From Gemmatimonadota bacterium (GTDB taxonomy: Bacteria > Gemmatimonadota > Gemmatimonadetes > Gemmatimonadales > GWC2-71-9): a DNA stretch of 64,000 nt. The notes under the pieces were generated by a model. That model did not search any database, was not told the DNA's origin, and worked only from the letters and a program-made list of their open reading frames with translations. Shown piece after piece: positions 1 through 10,045 of the stretch; within the stretch, counting starts at the first letter, position 1, and each line of letters opens with the position of its first letter. A program made the translations under genes and the position numbers. The stretch spans positions 30,358 to 94,357 of the forward strand of contig JBDHKN010000007.1 in NCBI GenBank assembly GCA_039586365.1, read 5' to 3'.

Positions 1-644
1 AAAACGGCAAAGCAGGCGACGAGACTCCGCGTGGGGACCAGCGCGGGGTTTCTCGGCGCGGCTTCTTGACCTCGGTAGGTACAGGGGCTCTGTCGGTTGC
101 AGCTGCCAGCAAAATTGCAGCCCAACCTCTGGCGCCCACCGAGGTACTCGACGCCCACGAGATGTCGAAGATCACGCTCCACATCAACGGTCGCAGCAAA
201 GAGGTCCTGGTGGAACCGCGCTGGTCACTCGCCTTCGTTTTGCGAGAGAAGCTCGGCATCACCGGAACAAAGATCGGTTGCGACAGGGGCGAGTGTGGTG
301 CATGCACAGTTCTGATAGACGGGATCCCGCGCTATGCCTGCTTGACCCTCGCTGTTGAGACCGAAGGTGCTGAGATTGTGACGGTCGAGGGACTCATGAA
401 CGGCGAGGAAATCGGACCCGTCCAGCAGGCATTCGTCGAGCAAGATGCTTATCAGTGCGGGTATTGTACTTCGGGTCAGATCATGGCTGCCGAAGGCTTG
501 CTCCGGGCCAGCCCAGACCCTTCACTCGCCGAGATCCAGCATAATATGTCCGGCAACCTGTGCCGCTGCGGCACGTATCCCCACATCTTCGCGGCCACTC
601 AGAGGGCGGCGGAGTTGAAACGCGGCGGAGGAGGTGAGTCATGA
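1..644 (+). CDS. (2Fe-2S)-binding subunit of xanthine dehydrogenase-family aldehyde oxidoreductase (PaoA/YagT-like), Tat signal; 5' end outside the window
   Basis: Frame is open to the window edge (NGKAGDETPRGDQRGVSRRGFLTSVG). Tat motif SRRGFL at about 51-68. Fe-S motifs GTKIGCDRGECGACTV, QCGYCTSG and NLCRCGTY. Confidence 0.92.
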   Translation, partial: NGKAGDETPRGDQRGVSRRGFLTSVGTGALSVAAASKIAAQPLAPTEVLDAHEMSKITLHINGRSKEVLVEPRWSLAFVLREKLGITGTKIGCDRGECGACTVLIDGIPRYACLTLAVETEGAEIVTVEGLMNGEEIGPVQQAFVEQDAYQCGYCTSGQIMAAEGLLRASPDPSLAEIQHNMSGNLCRCGTYPHIFAATQRAAELKRGGGGES

Positions 645-2968
645 GATCCGAACCTGACAGACCTTACTGGGTTGAGGGAGAGCCGCCTGAGACTCCACAG
701 CAGCAAGTCCAGCAGGAGCCGTGGGGTGAGACCAAAGTCGTCGGCAAGCCACATGCGAGAGTGGATGGTTACGAGCGGGTGAGCGGCAGCGCGGTCTACC
801 CGGCCGACATCACCCTTCCTCGGATGCTGTACGGTGCGATCCTGCGGTCACCGCATCCGCATGCGACGGTTACAGGCGTCGACACATCCGCGGCCGAGCA
901 GATGCCGGGCGTACACGCTGTGATCTCGGCGTTCACACCCGACGACGAAGCAACGAGGCCACACTCCGAGTTCATCAGAAGCCAACTATTCAACCCAACT
1001 TGTCGTTACGAGGGCGAGGCCGTCGCAGCAGTGGCAGCAGACGACCCCTATGTTGCTCACGACGCCCTGCGGGCGATCGACGTCGAGTACGAAGTACACC
1101 CATTCGTGGCCGACGAAAGGAAGGCACTCGAGCCCGGCGCGCCACTGGTGTACGAGAGAGGGAACCTAGGCAGGGAACCACGTACCTACGAACGGGGAGA
1201 CGTGGCACGAGGCTTCGCTGAAGCCGACGTGGTACTGGAAGAGGAGTACCGCTGCGAGTGCGAGATCCACACGCCTATGGAGGCCCATGGGTGTGTGGCC
1301 AAGTGGGACGGGGACAGCCTGACAGTCTGGGAGTCGACCCAAGGTGTGTACAATGTGCAGACCGGTGTTGCCGCAGCTCTCGGTATGCCGCTGTCCAAGG
1401 TCAGGATCATAGGGCATTACATGGGAGGCGGATTCGGTGCCAAGCTGCAAGCCGGCAAGTACACCACCGCTGCGGCCCTGCTCGCCAAGAAGACAGCGCG
1501 CCCAATCAAGATCACCCTAACCCGCGAGGAAACCTACCTCGCTGTTGGCAACCGTCCGCCCGCCAATATGAGGCTCAAGGCTGGTGTGAAGCGCGACGGG
1601 ACGATCACGGCCTTCGAGTTCGCCGGATCCGGAACCGGCGGGGCCTACGGTACCGGCGGAGCGTCCTCTCTGGACTGGGTCGTCAGGGACCTTTACCTAT
1701 GCCCCAACGTAAAGACCGAGCTGACGGACATCTATATCAACGCCGGACCGTCTCGCCCGTTCCGCGCGCCGGGTCACCCCCAGGGCGCCTGGGCACTGGA
1801 GCAGATGATGGACGCTCTGGCCGCAGCAATACAGATGGACCCCGTCGAATTACGACTCAAGAACATCCCGTCGGTCAGCCAAGGGCGCGAGGGGGCTCCA
1901 CCCTACACCACGACCGGCCTCAGCCAGTGCCTGGAAGATGGATCCACTGCTTTCCGCTGGCGTGAGACCAAGCAGCAAATCGAGCGGGCCGGCAACGGCG
2001 GGCATATCCGCCGCGGCGTGGGAGTGGCGGCTGGGCTCTGGTCGGGCGGCGCCGGCGGACCTCCGTGCACGGTGATCATCAAGGTATTCTCGGACGGCAG
2101 CATCAATCTCAACATGGGTGCGAGCGACATCGGCACCGGCACCAAGACCATCATGGCAATGGTTGCCGCGGAAGAGTTGGGTGTCGCGCCGGAAGCTATT
2201 CAGATCGAGCACGCCGACACCGGCACCACCCAATACGCTTCCGCCAGTGGAGGTAGCAAGACCGTTCCAACCGAATCACCCACGGTGCGTGCGGCCGCAA
2301 TCGATGTGAAGAGACAGCTGCTTGCACTGGCCGCCGACGAGCTGGAAGTGGCCGTCTCTGACCTGACGCTCAGTGACGGCAAGGTCGTCAATACGACAGA
2401 CCCGTCGCAGGAAGTCGAGATCTCACGGCTGCGAAGCCTGCAAAGACGCAGGTCGATTACCGGCATCGGCTACCGCGCTCCAAACCCTGCCGACAAGGCG
2501 ACCTGCCCGTTTGCCGCGCATTTCTGCGAGGTCGAGGTAAATACGAGAACTGGCGAGGTGAAGATCGTCCGGTTCCTCGGCGCCCATGACAGCGGACGCG
2601 TAATGAACCGGCTGACCTATCAGAATCAGGTGTTTGGGGGAATCACCATGGGCATCGGGTACGGTATGACGGAGCGACGGATCCTCGATGTCGATCAGAC
2701 AGGCAAGATGGTGAACAAGAACTGGCACGACTACAAGCTCGCCACGGCCCTGGACGTGCCGGCCGATATGACTTGCGTGCCCATCGATGTCGCGGACGAC
2801 GAGGCAAACATCGCCGGCTGCAAGGGGATTGGTGAGCCCGCTACGATTCCGACCGCCCCAGCGGTGGCAAACGCCATCCACCATGCCACAGGGGTGAGGG
2901 TAGCGAACACACCGATCGATCCCAGCATGCTCGTGCAAGCCATTGCCACTGCGAGAGAGGGGGATTGA
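641..2968 (+). CDS. Xanthine dehydrogenase-family molybdopterin-binding subunit (PaoC/YagR-like)
   Basis: 775 aa; motifs STQG, GGGFGAK, FRAPGHPQG, DIGTG, QNQVFGG and KGIGEP (catalytic Glu); ATGA overlap with the Fe-S gene. Confidence 0.93.
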   Translation: MRSEPDRPYWVEGEPPETPQQQVQQEPWGETKVVGKPHARVDGYERVSGSAVYPADITLPRMLYGAILRSPHPHATVTGVDTSAAEQMPGVHAVISAFTPDDEATRPHSEFIRSQLFNPTCRYEGEAVAAVAADDPYVAHDALRAIDVEYEVHPFVADERKALEPGAPLVYERGNLGREPRTYERGDVARGFAEADVVLEEEYRCECEIHTPMEAHGCVAKWDGDSLTVWESTQGVYNVQTGVAAALGMPLSKVRIIGHYMGGGFGAKLQAGKYTTAAALLAKKTARPIKITLTREETYLAVGNRPPANMRLKAGVKRDGTITAFEFAGSGTGGAYGTGGASSLDWVVRDLYLCPNVKTELTDIYINAGPSRPFRAPGHPQGAWALEQMMDALAAAIQMDPVELRLKNIPSVSQGREGAPPYTTTGLSQCLEDGSTAFRWRETKQQIERAGNGGHIRRGVGVAAGLWSGGAGGPPCTVIIKVFSDGSINLNMGASDIGTGTKTIMAMVAAEELGVAPEAIQIEHADTGTTQYASASGGSKTVPTESPTVRAAAIDVKRQLLALAADELEVAVSDLTLSDGKVVNTTDPSQEVEISRLRSLQRRRSITGIGYRAPNPADKATCPFAAHFCEVEVNTRTGEVKIVRFLGAHDSGRVMNRLTYQNQVFGGITMGIGYGMTERRILDVDQTGKMVNKNWHDYKLATALDVPADMTCVPIDVADDEANIAGCKGIGEPATIPTAPAVANAIHHATGVRVANTPIDPSMLVQAIATAREGD

Positions 2969-2971
2969 GCC

Positions 2972-3949
2972 ATGATTCCGAGATTCACATACGTACGTGC
3001 GACGTCCCTCGATGAAGCGATGACCCAGCTCTCCTCGGATGGAGCGCGAGTGCATGCCGGGGGATCGGACCTGCTGGGCTGCCTGCGCGATGAAGTATTT
3101 GAGTGCGGGAAGGTGGTGAGCATAGCCGGACTCACCGAACTCAAAGGCATCACGAGAACTCAGGAAGGTGGAGTGCGAATCGGTGCACTCACCAAGGTTG
3201 CTGAGGTTGCCGGGAATCCCCTTGTGCAAGAGTTATATCCAGGGTTGTCTCAGGCCGCCTCGGAGGTGGCAAGCCCTCAGTTACGCAATCAGGGAACCAT
3301 CGGCGGCAACATCTGCCAAAAGCCGAGGTGCTGGTACTACCGGGGAGAGTTTCACTGCCTGCGCAAAGGCGGGAACACCTGTTACGCCCTCGCCGGTGAG
3401 AGCCAGTACCACTGTATCCTGGGCGGTCACGGCTGCTACATCGTACATCCCTCCGACACCGCTCCTGCTTTCCTAGCATTCGATGCCGTGGTTCACATTG
3501 CTGGTCCGCGGGGGCGCAGGACCGTGCCAATTGACGCGTTTTACGTAGCCCCCAGAGACAACGCTCAACGGGAAACCGTGCTGGAGGCAAACGAGATCGT
3601 AACAGAGCTCATCCTACCCCAACCGGCATCCGGCCAACGCAGCTCTTATCGCAAAGTCCGAGCCCGCGGCGCCTGGGACTTCGCACTCGCAGGTGTAGCG
3701 CTGGCTCTCCGTCTCGACGGTGACCGAGTCGACGGGGGACGTGTGGTGTTGAGCGGCGCCGCTCCGGTACCGTGGCGGTCGCAGGAGACGGAGCGGGTCA
3801 TAGCTGGTAGACGCATTGACGCGGCATTAGCGGCAGAGGCAGCTGAAGCAGCAGTAAGCAACGCAACGCCGCTCAAACGAAACGGCTACAAGATTCCGCT
3901 CTTCAAGGGCGTGATCGAGGAAGAGTTACTCAAGATCGCACAGGCCTAG
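2972..3949 (+). CDS. FAD-binding subunit (PaoB/YagS-like) with Cys-rich 4Fe-4S insertion
   Basis: AGGSDL, ASPQLRNQGTIGGNI, insertion CQKPRCWYYR...CLRKGGNTC...HC...C, HPSD, YRKVRARGAWDFA. Confidence 0.92.
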   Translation: MIPRFTYVRATSLDEAMTQLSSDGARVHAGGSDLLGCLRDEVFECGKVVSIAGLTELKGITRTQEGGVRIGALTKVAEVAGNPLVQELYPGLSQAASEVASPQLRNQGTIGGNICQKPRCWYYRGEFHCLRKGGNTCYALAGESQYHCILGGHGCYIVHPSDTAPAFLAFDAVVHIAGPRGRRTVPIDAFYVAPRDNAQRETVLEANEIVTELILPQPASGQRSSYRKVRARGAWDFALAGVALALRLDGDRVDGGRVVLSGAAPVPWRSQETERVIAGRRIDAALAAEAAEAAVSNATPLKRNGYKIPLFKGVIEEELLKIAQA

Positions 3950-4030
3950 CCCAGTCCCGACGACAGGGAGCAGTGGCAGGGGCAGGGGCAGGCGCAACGC
4001 ACAGGCAGAACACTGTAAGACCCAACATCC

Positions 4031-4063
4031 GACAAATCCCGGCCGCCCCGCCCGGGATTTGTT
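4031..4063 (+). terminator. Probable intrinsic terminator of the molybdoenzyme operon
   Basis: Inverted repeat GACAAATCCCGG...CCGGGATTTGTT about 80 nt after the stop. Confidence 0.65.
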
Positions 4064-4326
4064 GTGCAGAGCAATCAGCCGCTCAGCATCACAACCTCAG
4101 TGCAGCCGACAACCCCGAACCACCGTCGGATTCCGTGACAACTGTCAGGGAGACTCGGTCGAGGCAACCGTCGCGACTCGCCGCACCCTCTTGCGCACCA
4201 GTTGAGGTAGCGTCGGCAGCTCCCACCCTAGGTCGTCTGGTCAACGCATTCGCTGTAACCGCACCTCCTGGTATCCCTATGCACAGTTGACTCGTCTCAG
4301 CGAGAGCCGGCCCCTCCTGAAACGAC

Positions 4327-4355
4327 TTGACGATAATCGGAAAAACGTTTACCTT
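4327..4355 (+). promoter_or_regulatory. Putative sigma70 promoter of the TetR-MMPL operon
   Basis: TTGACG-N17-TACCTT; the AAACGTTT palindrome lies between the boxes and may be a TetR operator. Confidence 0.5.
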
Positions 4356-4406
4356 ATATTCGTTCCGGCCGCCTGCAAGATTAGCCGGACTCTGGAAACG
4401 GTAACA

Positions 4407-5093
4407 ATGGACAACGCCACTGACCCGCACTCGCCGAATCAGACAGAAGGGCCCCGGCCGGTCTCACCGGTGGACGCCAGGCACCGCCGGTTCTTCGCGG
4501 CCGCCGAGCCGCTGTTCGAGCGCTTCGGCTACCGCAAGACGACGGTAGAAGACGTCTGCCACGCCGCCGGAACCAGCAAGCGGACCTTCTACGAGCTGTT
4601 CAGTGACAAGAAGGACCTGCTGCTCCAGTTAGCCGAGTGCGTCTTCAACGACCTGACCGTGGAGTGGGAAGCGAGCCTACCGAAGCAGCTAGATCCTCTG
4701 GGACGCCTTCGCTCCCTGCTCGACTTGTACGCCACGGCTATGCGCCTACATCCCTTTTTCCGAGTCCTGGTTGAGGACCTCGACCTTATGCGTCTGTTCG
4801 GTGAGCATGTAGACGAGATCCGCATGGCACAGATGGGTGGGCCTTTCGATCAGATCCTTCGGGACGGCATGGCTGCTGGACAGTTCCGGTCCGTGGACCC
4901 GCACGCCGCAATGTGGGTGGTGCTTGGCCTGCTTGATACGGTCTACCTACTGATGCCGAGGGTGATGAACGAGCCGGGTCCCCTGGAGGATCCGGTGCTG
5001 GCGAAAGAGGTAAAGGATTTCATTGTACACGGGCTTGGAGCCCGCCAGGCAACCGACCACGAACTGAATCTGACACCACACACGACTGACTAA
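4407..5093 (+). CDS. TetR/AcrR family transcriptional regulator
   Basis: HTH AAEPLFERFGYRKTTVEDVCHAAGTSKRTFYELFSDKKDLL. I placed the start at ATG 4407, downstream of the promoter. Confidence 0.9.
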   Translation: MDNATDPHSPNQTEGPRPVSPVDARHRRFFAAAEPLFERFGYRKTTVEDVCHAAGTSKRTFYELFSDKKDLLLQLAECVFNDLTVEWEASLPKQLDPLGRLRSLLDLYATAMRLHPFFRVLVEDLDLMRLFGEHVDEIRMAQMGGPFDQILRDGMAAGQFRSVDPHAAMWVVLGLLDTVYLLMPRVMNEPGPLEDPVLAKEVKDFIVHGLGARQATDHELNLTPHTTD

Positions 5094-5097
5094 TACG

Positions 5098-7878
5098 ATG
5101 AACGAGGACGATATCGACTCCATCGAGTCACCGACAACATCGCGACGTCGGTACAGCCGCTGGGTGACGGTGTTGACGCATCTCGCCACGCGCAGGACAG
5201 GTTGGACACTGTCGGCCGTGGGCGTGTTGACGTTGTGCAGCATGCTGCTGGCCGAGCGACTCCAACTGAACATGAACTGGACCGATCTGCTCCCGTCGGA
5301 CCATCCCCAGGTACGGCTCTATCGTGACGTCCTCGACCGCTTCGGCGAGACGTCAATCGTGATCGCGCTCGAAGGGGAGCGCGACTCCATCGTCGCCATG
5401 GCTGAGGAGCTGGAGCCCAAGCTTCACGCGCTGGAAAGCTTGCACAACGTGATCGGCAAGATGCCTGTGGAATTCTTGCTCGATCACGGGTTCGTTTTAC
5501 TGAAACCGGAACAGTTCGACCGCACCCTCCGCTCGCTGGAGAACTGGACGGTCCTCGGGTCACTACGAGGCATGAACGACGACTACGAACGGGAGTACAC
5601 CGAGAACGAATCCAACATTAGGCGCGACGAAGTCGAGATCGCGCGCGGAATCCTGGGACTTACCCGTAGCCTCGAGTTGCTTTCCGCTGGGCTGGCTGGC
5701 GAGGCGGGGCCCGAAGTCATGGTCGAAGCGGCTGACGCGCTGTCTATTGGCGATCCTTGGTTGCTTGCACTCGACCGGCAGATGCTGCTCATCGCCGTTA
5801 CCCCAGAAGCTTCGACCACGCAGATAGATGAAACCCTCGCCACGGTGGCCGAGGTCGACGCCGTGATGCAGGAAGTGACAGCCAGTCACCCCGGGGTCTA
5901 CGCCAGCATGACAGGGATGGGGAAGATCAGTCAGGACGAAATGAATAGTGTGGGTGGCTACACCGTACTGCTCTCCATTTTGGCCCTGCTGCTGATCTAC
6001 TTACTCCTTGCCAGAGCGTTCCGCGGTTGGGTCATCCCACTCCTTGCCTTACTTCCGCTGATAGTAGGGATTTTCTGGACCATGGCGGTGCTCCAGATCC
6101 TGTTTGGCGCCCTCAACCTGTTCACCGCCATGATGATGCTCGTGCTGTTGGGACTCGGCATAGACTTCTCCATCCACTTAATCAGTCGCTTCCAGGAGGA
6201 GACCGCCCGGGGCACTGACCTTGAAGCCGGGATCGCAACCACGTTTGCAGGCACAGGTGTCGCGGTCATGATGGGAGCGGCGACAACCGCGATTGCGTTT
6301 CTGACCCTCATGGTGGGTGATACCAAGGGTGTGTTCGAGTTCGGGGTTGCGGCGGGCCTTGGCGTTGTCATCACTCTGATTGCGATCTTCCTCACGCTCC
6401 CAGCGCTACTCGTCCTGCGGTATCGCAGGCTGGAAAAGGCCGGTGCTGTGCAGACCAGCACTGCGTCCTGGAACCACGGCCACAGGTGGATTGGGAACGT
6501 GGTGCGAGCCGGCTGGAAGCACCCGTCAGTCTTCCTCGTAGCGACCGCAATCGTGGTGGCCGCATCGATCTGGGCAATGCGCCACACGGCCTACGAATAC
6601 GACTTCCTTGAGCTGGAGGCCAAAGGACTGCGGTCGGTGGAGTTGCAGCGGCAGATACCGCGACGGTTCGGCACCTCGGATCACAGTGCCTGGCTGGTTG
6701 CCAACTCGATCGAGCGCAGCCGCGAGTTGAAGCAGGAACTCCGCAACTTGCCTGAAGTCGGCGACGTGAACGCCATTAGTGACTTCGTGCCCTCGTCCAC
6801 ACGGTTCGCTGAATACGCCCCCAGACTGGAGCAATTCCGGCGTACGGTTCTCACGCGTGACCGGCCTGCATGGATACCGGGTGACGCCGCACGCCTCTCC
6901 GTCGAGATGGGGCGCCTGTGGGACAACCTAGACCTGATCTCCAACTTGGCCTACACAGCGGGACTCGATCGCATAGTCAGCGTAATCGACGGCATAACCG
7001 GAGTCGATTCTGAAACCGGCGTTACCGACACTTCAGCGCTACTGCCGACACTGTCGCGGCAATTCGCCAACATCACGGACGATTCCACCCTGCGATCGTT
7101 TGCCGAAATGTGGGCAACGCACCTCAAGCAGAATCTCCACCGCATGAGCAATCCCGCGCCCGTGAGCCTTGAGGAGGTACCCGATAACATGCTGCAGAGC
7201 TTCACGCCACGATCAGGCGAAGATTACCTGGTGCACGTGGTGCCGCGGCGCTCGCTCTGGGACCGACCCAGCCTGGAGCGCTTCGCATCTCAGGCCGAGA
7301 GCGTGGACCCCAACGTGATCGGCAGTGAGCAGTTGATGTTGGTCATGATGGACGCAACCCTCGAGGATGGGCGCAACGCGGCATTTCTCGCGCTCGCAGT
7401 GATCGCGCTCCTCCTGATCATTCACTTCCGGGGACCTGTCGGCCTGGTGGCGCTGGTACCACTCGTCGTTGGCACGCTGATCATGCTCGGCATGATGTAC
7501 GCGCTGCATATGAAGTACAACTACATGAATCTCATTGCGACTCCGATCATCCTCGGCATAGGCATCGACGACGGGGTGCATGCCCTGCACCGCTACCGGG
7601 AGGCGGGCGGCGGCAGCCAAGCCGTGGATCGGTCCTTCCAATCGGTCGGTAGGGCAATTCTGTTGACCTCCCTAACGACGATGATCGGGTTCGGCAGCGT
7701 GGCATTCTACGAGATGCGCGGGATGGCGAGCTTCGGTCAGGTCTTGTTCATGGGTGTAGGCGCTTGCTTCCTGGCAACGGTGCTCGTGCTACCCGCCCTA
7801 CTTCGCGTGGTGTTACGGCAGCCCAGAGCCGCGCCAATCAGAGAACCAGGAGAGGAGGTGGGTGGTGCAGCGACATAA
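5098..7878 (+). CDS. MMPL/RND family lipid transporter
   Basis: 926 aa with two hydrophobic TM blocks carrying GLGIDFSIH and GIGIDDGVH motifs, plus two large periplasmic loops. Confidence 0.9.
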   Translation: MNEDDIDSIESPTTSRRRYSRWVTVLTHLATRRTGWTLSAVGVLTLCSMLLAERLQLNMNWTDLLPSDHPQVRLYRDVLDRFGETSIVIALEGERDSIVAMAEELEPKLHALESLHNVIGKMPVEFLLDHGFVLLKPEQFDRTLRSLENWTVLGSLRGMNDDYEREYTENESNIRRDEVEIARGILGLTRSLELLSAGLAGEAGPEVMVEAADALSIGDPWLLALDRQMLLIAVTPEASTTQIDETLATVAEVDAVMQEVTASHPGVYASMTGMGKISQDEMNSVGGYTVLLSILALLLIYLLLARAFRGWVIPLLALLPLIVGIFWTMAVLQILFGALNLFTAMMMLVLLGLGIDFSIHLISRFQEETARGTDLEAGIATTFAGTGVAVMMGAATTAIAFLTLMVGDTKGVFEFGVAAGLGVVITLIAIFLTLPALLVLRYRRLEKAGAVQTSTASWNHGHRWIGNVVRAGWKHPSVFLVATAIVVAASIWAMRHTAYEYDFLELEAKGLRSVELQRQIPRRFGTSDHSAWLVANSIERSRELKQELRNLPEVGDVNAISDFVPSSTRFAEYAPRLEQFRRTVLTRDRPAWIPGDAARLSVEMGRLWDNLDLISNLAYTAGLDRIVSVIDGITGVDSETGVTDTSALLPTLSRQFANITDDSTLRSFAEMWATHLKQNLHRMSNPAPVSLEEVPDNMLQSFTPRSGEDYLVHVVPRRSLWDRPSLERFASQAESVDPNVIGSEQLMLVMMDATLEDGRNAAFLALAVIALLLIIHFRGPVGLVALVPLVVGTLIMLGMMYALHMKYNYMNLIATPIILGIGIDDGVHALHRYREAGGGSQAVDRSFQSVGRAILLTSLTTMIGFGSVAFYEMRGMASFGQVLFMGVGACFLATVLVLPALLRVVLRQPRAAPIREPGEEVGGAAT

Positions 7879-8665
7879 TCGGGCGACCCCGACCGGCCAG
7901 CGGATCGGACGGCTGGCAGTTGTCGGTTGCATGGCCGCATCGCTCCACACCGAGACGGGCTCGGCTCAGGACGATGGAGCCCTGTGGCTGCAACGGATCG
8001 ACACTGCCGAACGGATACCCCACTCCTACGGCGTAATGAGGCAGACAATCACCACCTCGGGTGGATCACTTAGGACCTTCACCATACGGACCTGGTCTGC
8101 CGAGAACGGTGACGTCTCACTAATGGCCTATGTCGATCCACCGAGAGTCGCCGGGGACAAGATCCTTCAGCTCCAGGGCGGAGACGACTTCTGGTACTAT
8201 ATGAAACGGCGCGACGTAACACGTCATTTTGCCGGACACAACCGTAGGCAGAGTGCCATGGGTTCGGACTTTTCCTATGAAGACATGGCGACGGGCGACC
8301 TCACTGAAGACTATACCGCTGAAGTGCTGGGCTTCGAGGAAGTCGACGGAGTTGAGACCGTCAGGCTCCGGTGCACTCCCACTGAGAGCGGGCCTTCATA
8401 CGATCACCTGGTCCTGTGGGCCAGCGTGGAAGACAATCTCACACGCAAGATCGAGTATTACGATGAGCAGCACCATCTGAAGACGCTCCTCCTCAGCGAT
8501 ATCCGAGTCATCGAGGACAGGAAAGTGGCCATGAAGCTGGAGATGGTGAACCACCGGGAAGGGTCGAAGACGTTGCTGGAGACGATCGAGATCACATTCG
8601 CTGAGGAACCCGACCCTTCGCTATTCACTCAGGCAGCTTTGAGTCGCCGGATTCCTGGCGATTGA
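7862..8665 (+). CDS. Outer-membrane lipoprotein-sorting (LolA-like) periplasmic protein
   Basis: Signal peptide; family motifs PPRVAG, WYY, MGSDFSYEDM and KIEYYD; strong GGAGG RBS before the GTG. Confidence 0.82.
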   Translation: MVQRHNRATPTGQRIGRLAVVGCMAASLHTETGSAQDDGALWLQRIDTAERIPHSYGVMRQTITTSGGSLRTFTIRTWSAENGDVSLMAYVDPPRVAGDKILQLQGGDDFWYYMKRRDVTRHFAGHNRRQSAMGSDFSYEDMATGDLTEDYTAEVLGFEEVDGVETVRLRCTPTESGPSYDHLVLWASVEDNLTRKIEYYDEQHHLKTLLLSDIRVIEDRKVAMKLEMVNHREGSKTLLETIEITFAEEPDPSLFTQAALSRRIPGD

Positions 8666-8681
8666 ACTATCCGGGGCAGCT

Positions 8682-9890
8682 ATGATCCGGTCGTCAACCC
8701 AGGAGCACACCAGCCCAGCCAAGCGGGACTCGCTCACCGCCATGGCCCTGGCCAGTATCATGTCGGCCGCACCGGTCTCGGCTCAGACGGTGGATATCTC
8801 GGGCTACTTCGAGAACACCCTCCAGATCGACTATACTGTTCAGACAAAGGAACAGCTTCTCAATGCTGCAAAACTCCGGCTGGACTTCTCGAGCAGCATC
8901 TCGAATGGCCTCGAGTTCACCGGCAACATCAACTTCATCGTGAACGTGGGTGCGATCGAGCGGGACATAAGGCCCTATTTGCCTGATGCAACCGCACGCG
9001 AGCTAGAGTCTGCAGGTGCAACCGCTACGTATGCTCTCGATGCGACCCGGACCTTCCTCGACAATGCCTATCTCACTTGGCTAGCGGGACCAGTGCGGCT
9101 CCGGCTGGGCAAGCAGCAGCTTTCCTGGGGACCAGCCTACAGCTACAACCCCACTGACCTGTTCCATCGGAAGAATCTGCTGGACCCCACGTATGAGAAA
9201 GAAGGCGTCACCGCGATACGCACCGACTACGGGTGGGGAGTCAGCGGCCAGCTCTCGGTCATCGCCACACCGGCCGAGGACCTAGCAAGCAGCGGTTACG
9301 CCGTCCGCTTCGCAACGCATGTCGAGTCAATCGGTTACGACTTCGCAGTTACCGCACATCATGTCAGAGACTCCACGGCAATCGATCCCACAACGTTGCA
9401 ACCAACTATTCAACGACGCTCTGCACTGGGCATGGAGCTATCGGGAGAGCTGCTTGGCCTTGGTGCCTGGCTCGAAGGGAACTACAACTGGATGCAGCAC
9501 GATTCAGACTTCACCCGGTTCGTGCTGGGGATCGACTACACTCTGGAAGATGGGACGTACCTACTGGCTGAAGCACTCTACAACGGCCGGAACCAGCTTG
9601 ACCGACCATATGCTCTGGAAGACTGGTTGGCGAACCTGTATTTCGGAGAGCCGATTGGCACTGGGTGGATCATGGCTGGCATTAGACGAGATATCAGTGA
9701 GCTTACGTTGGCCAGCATCTATCTTTTCGCCACTCCGGACGGCTCGCTTTTGGTTAATCCCCGGGTGGATGCATCCATCGCCCAGAACGCGGATCTGGTG
9801 GCGTTCAGCGCGTTCACCATCGGTAGAGAGGATGGTGCTTTCCCCTCCGGCCTCTACTCACTGTTTTGCCGAATGACGGTGTACTTTTGA
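8682..9890 (+). CDS. Putative outer-membrane beta-barrel (DUF1302-like)
   Basis: Signal peptide, DNAYL..RLRLGKQQLSWG..NPTD motif, alternating beta-strand pattern, C-terminal VYF. Confidence 0.7.
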   Translation: MIRSSTQEHTSPAKRDSLTAMALASIMSAAPVSAQTVDISGYFENTLQIDYTVQTKEQLLNAAKLRLDFSSSISNGLEFTGNINFIVNVGAIERDIRPYLPDATARELESAGATATYALDATRTFLDNAYLTWLAGPVRLRLGKQQLSWGPAYSYNPTDLFHRKNLLDPTYEKEGVTAIRTDYGWGVSGQLSVIATPAEDLASSGYAVRFATHVESIGYDFAVTAHHVRDSTAIDPTTLQPTIQRRSALGMELSGELLGLGAWLEGNYNWMQHDSDFTRFVLGIDYTLEDGTYLLAEALYNGRNQLDRPYALEDWLANLYFGEPIGTGWIMAGIRRDISELTLASIYLFATPDGSLLVNPRVDASIAQNADLVAFSAFTIGREDGAFPSGLYSLFCRMTVYF

Positions 9891-10045
9891 CAGTCTCGAT
9901 TCAAATCACGGTGTGACTGCTAAGCAATGAGCCGCATAGCAGCCATCAGGAAGGTGTCCCTGGAGGTGGGCTACCACCGGCGTAGATCCACCAATAGCAA
10001 GGGCCCACGGCGGGTTCCCGGATTACACATCATAACACGTGCACC

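Noticed and set aside
3973..4430. ORFs 3973-4290(+) and 4089-4430(-), and a minus-strand AGGAGG...ATG-CGT-TGA that might suggest selenocysteine read-through
   Set aside because: The ORFs have low-complexity, non-protein-like composition and overlap the terminator and promoter. Read-through gives no recognisable protein and I saw no SECIS-like context.
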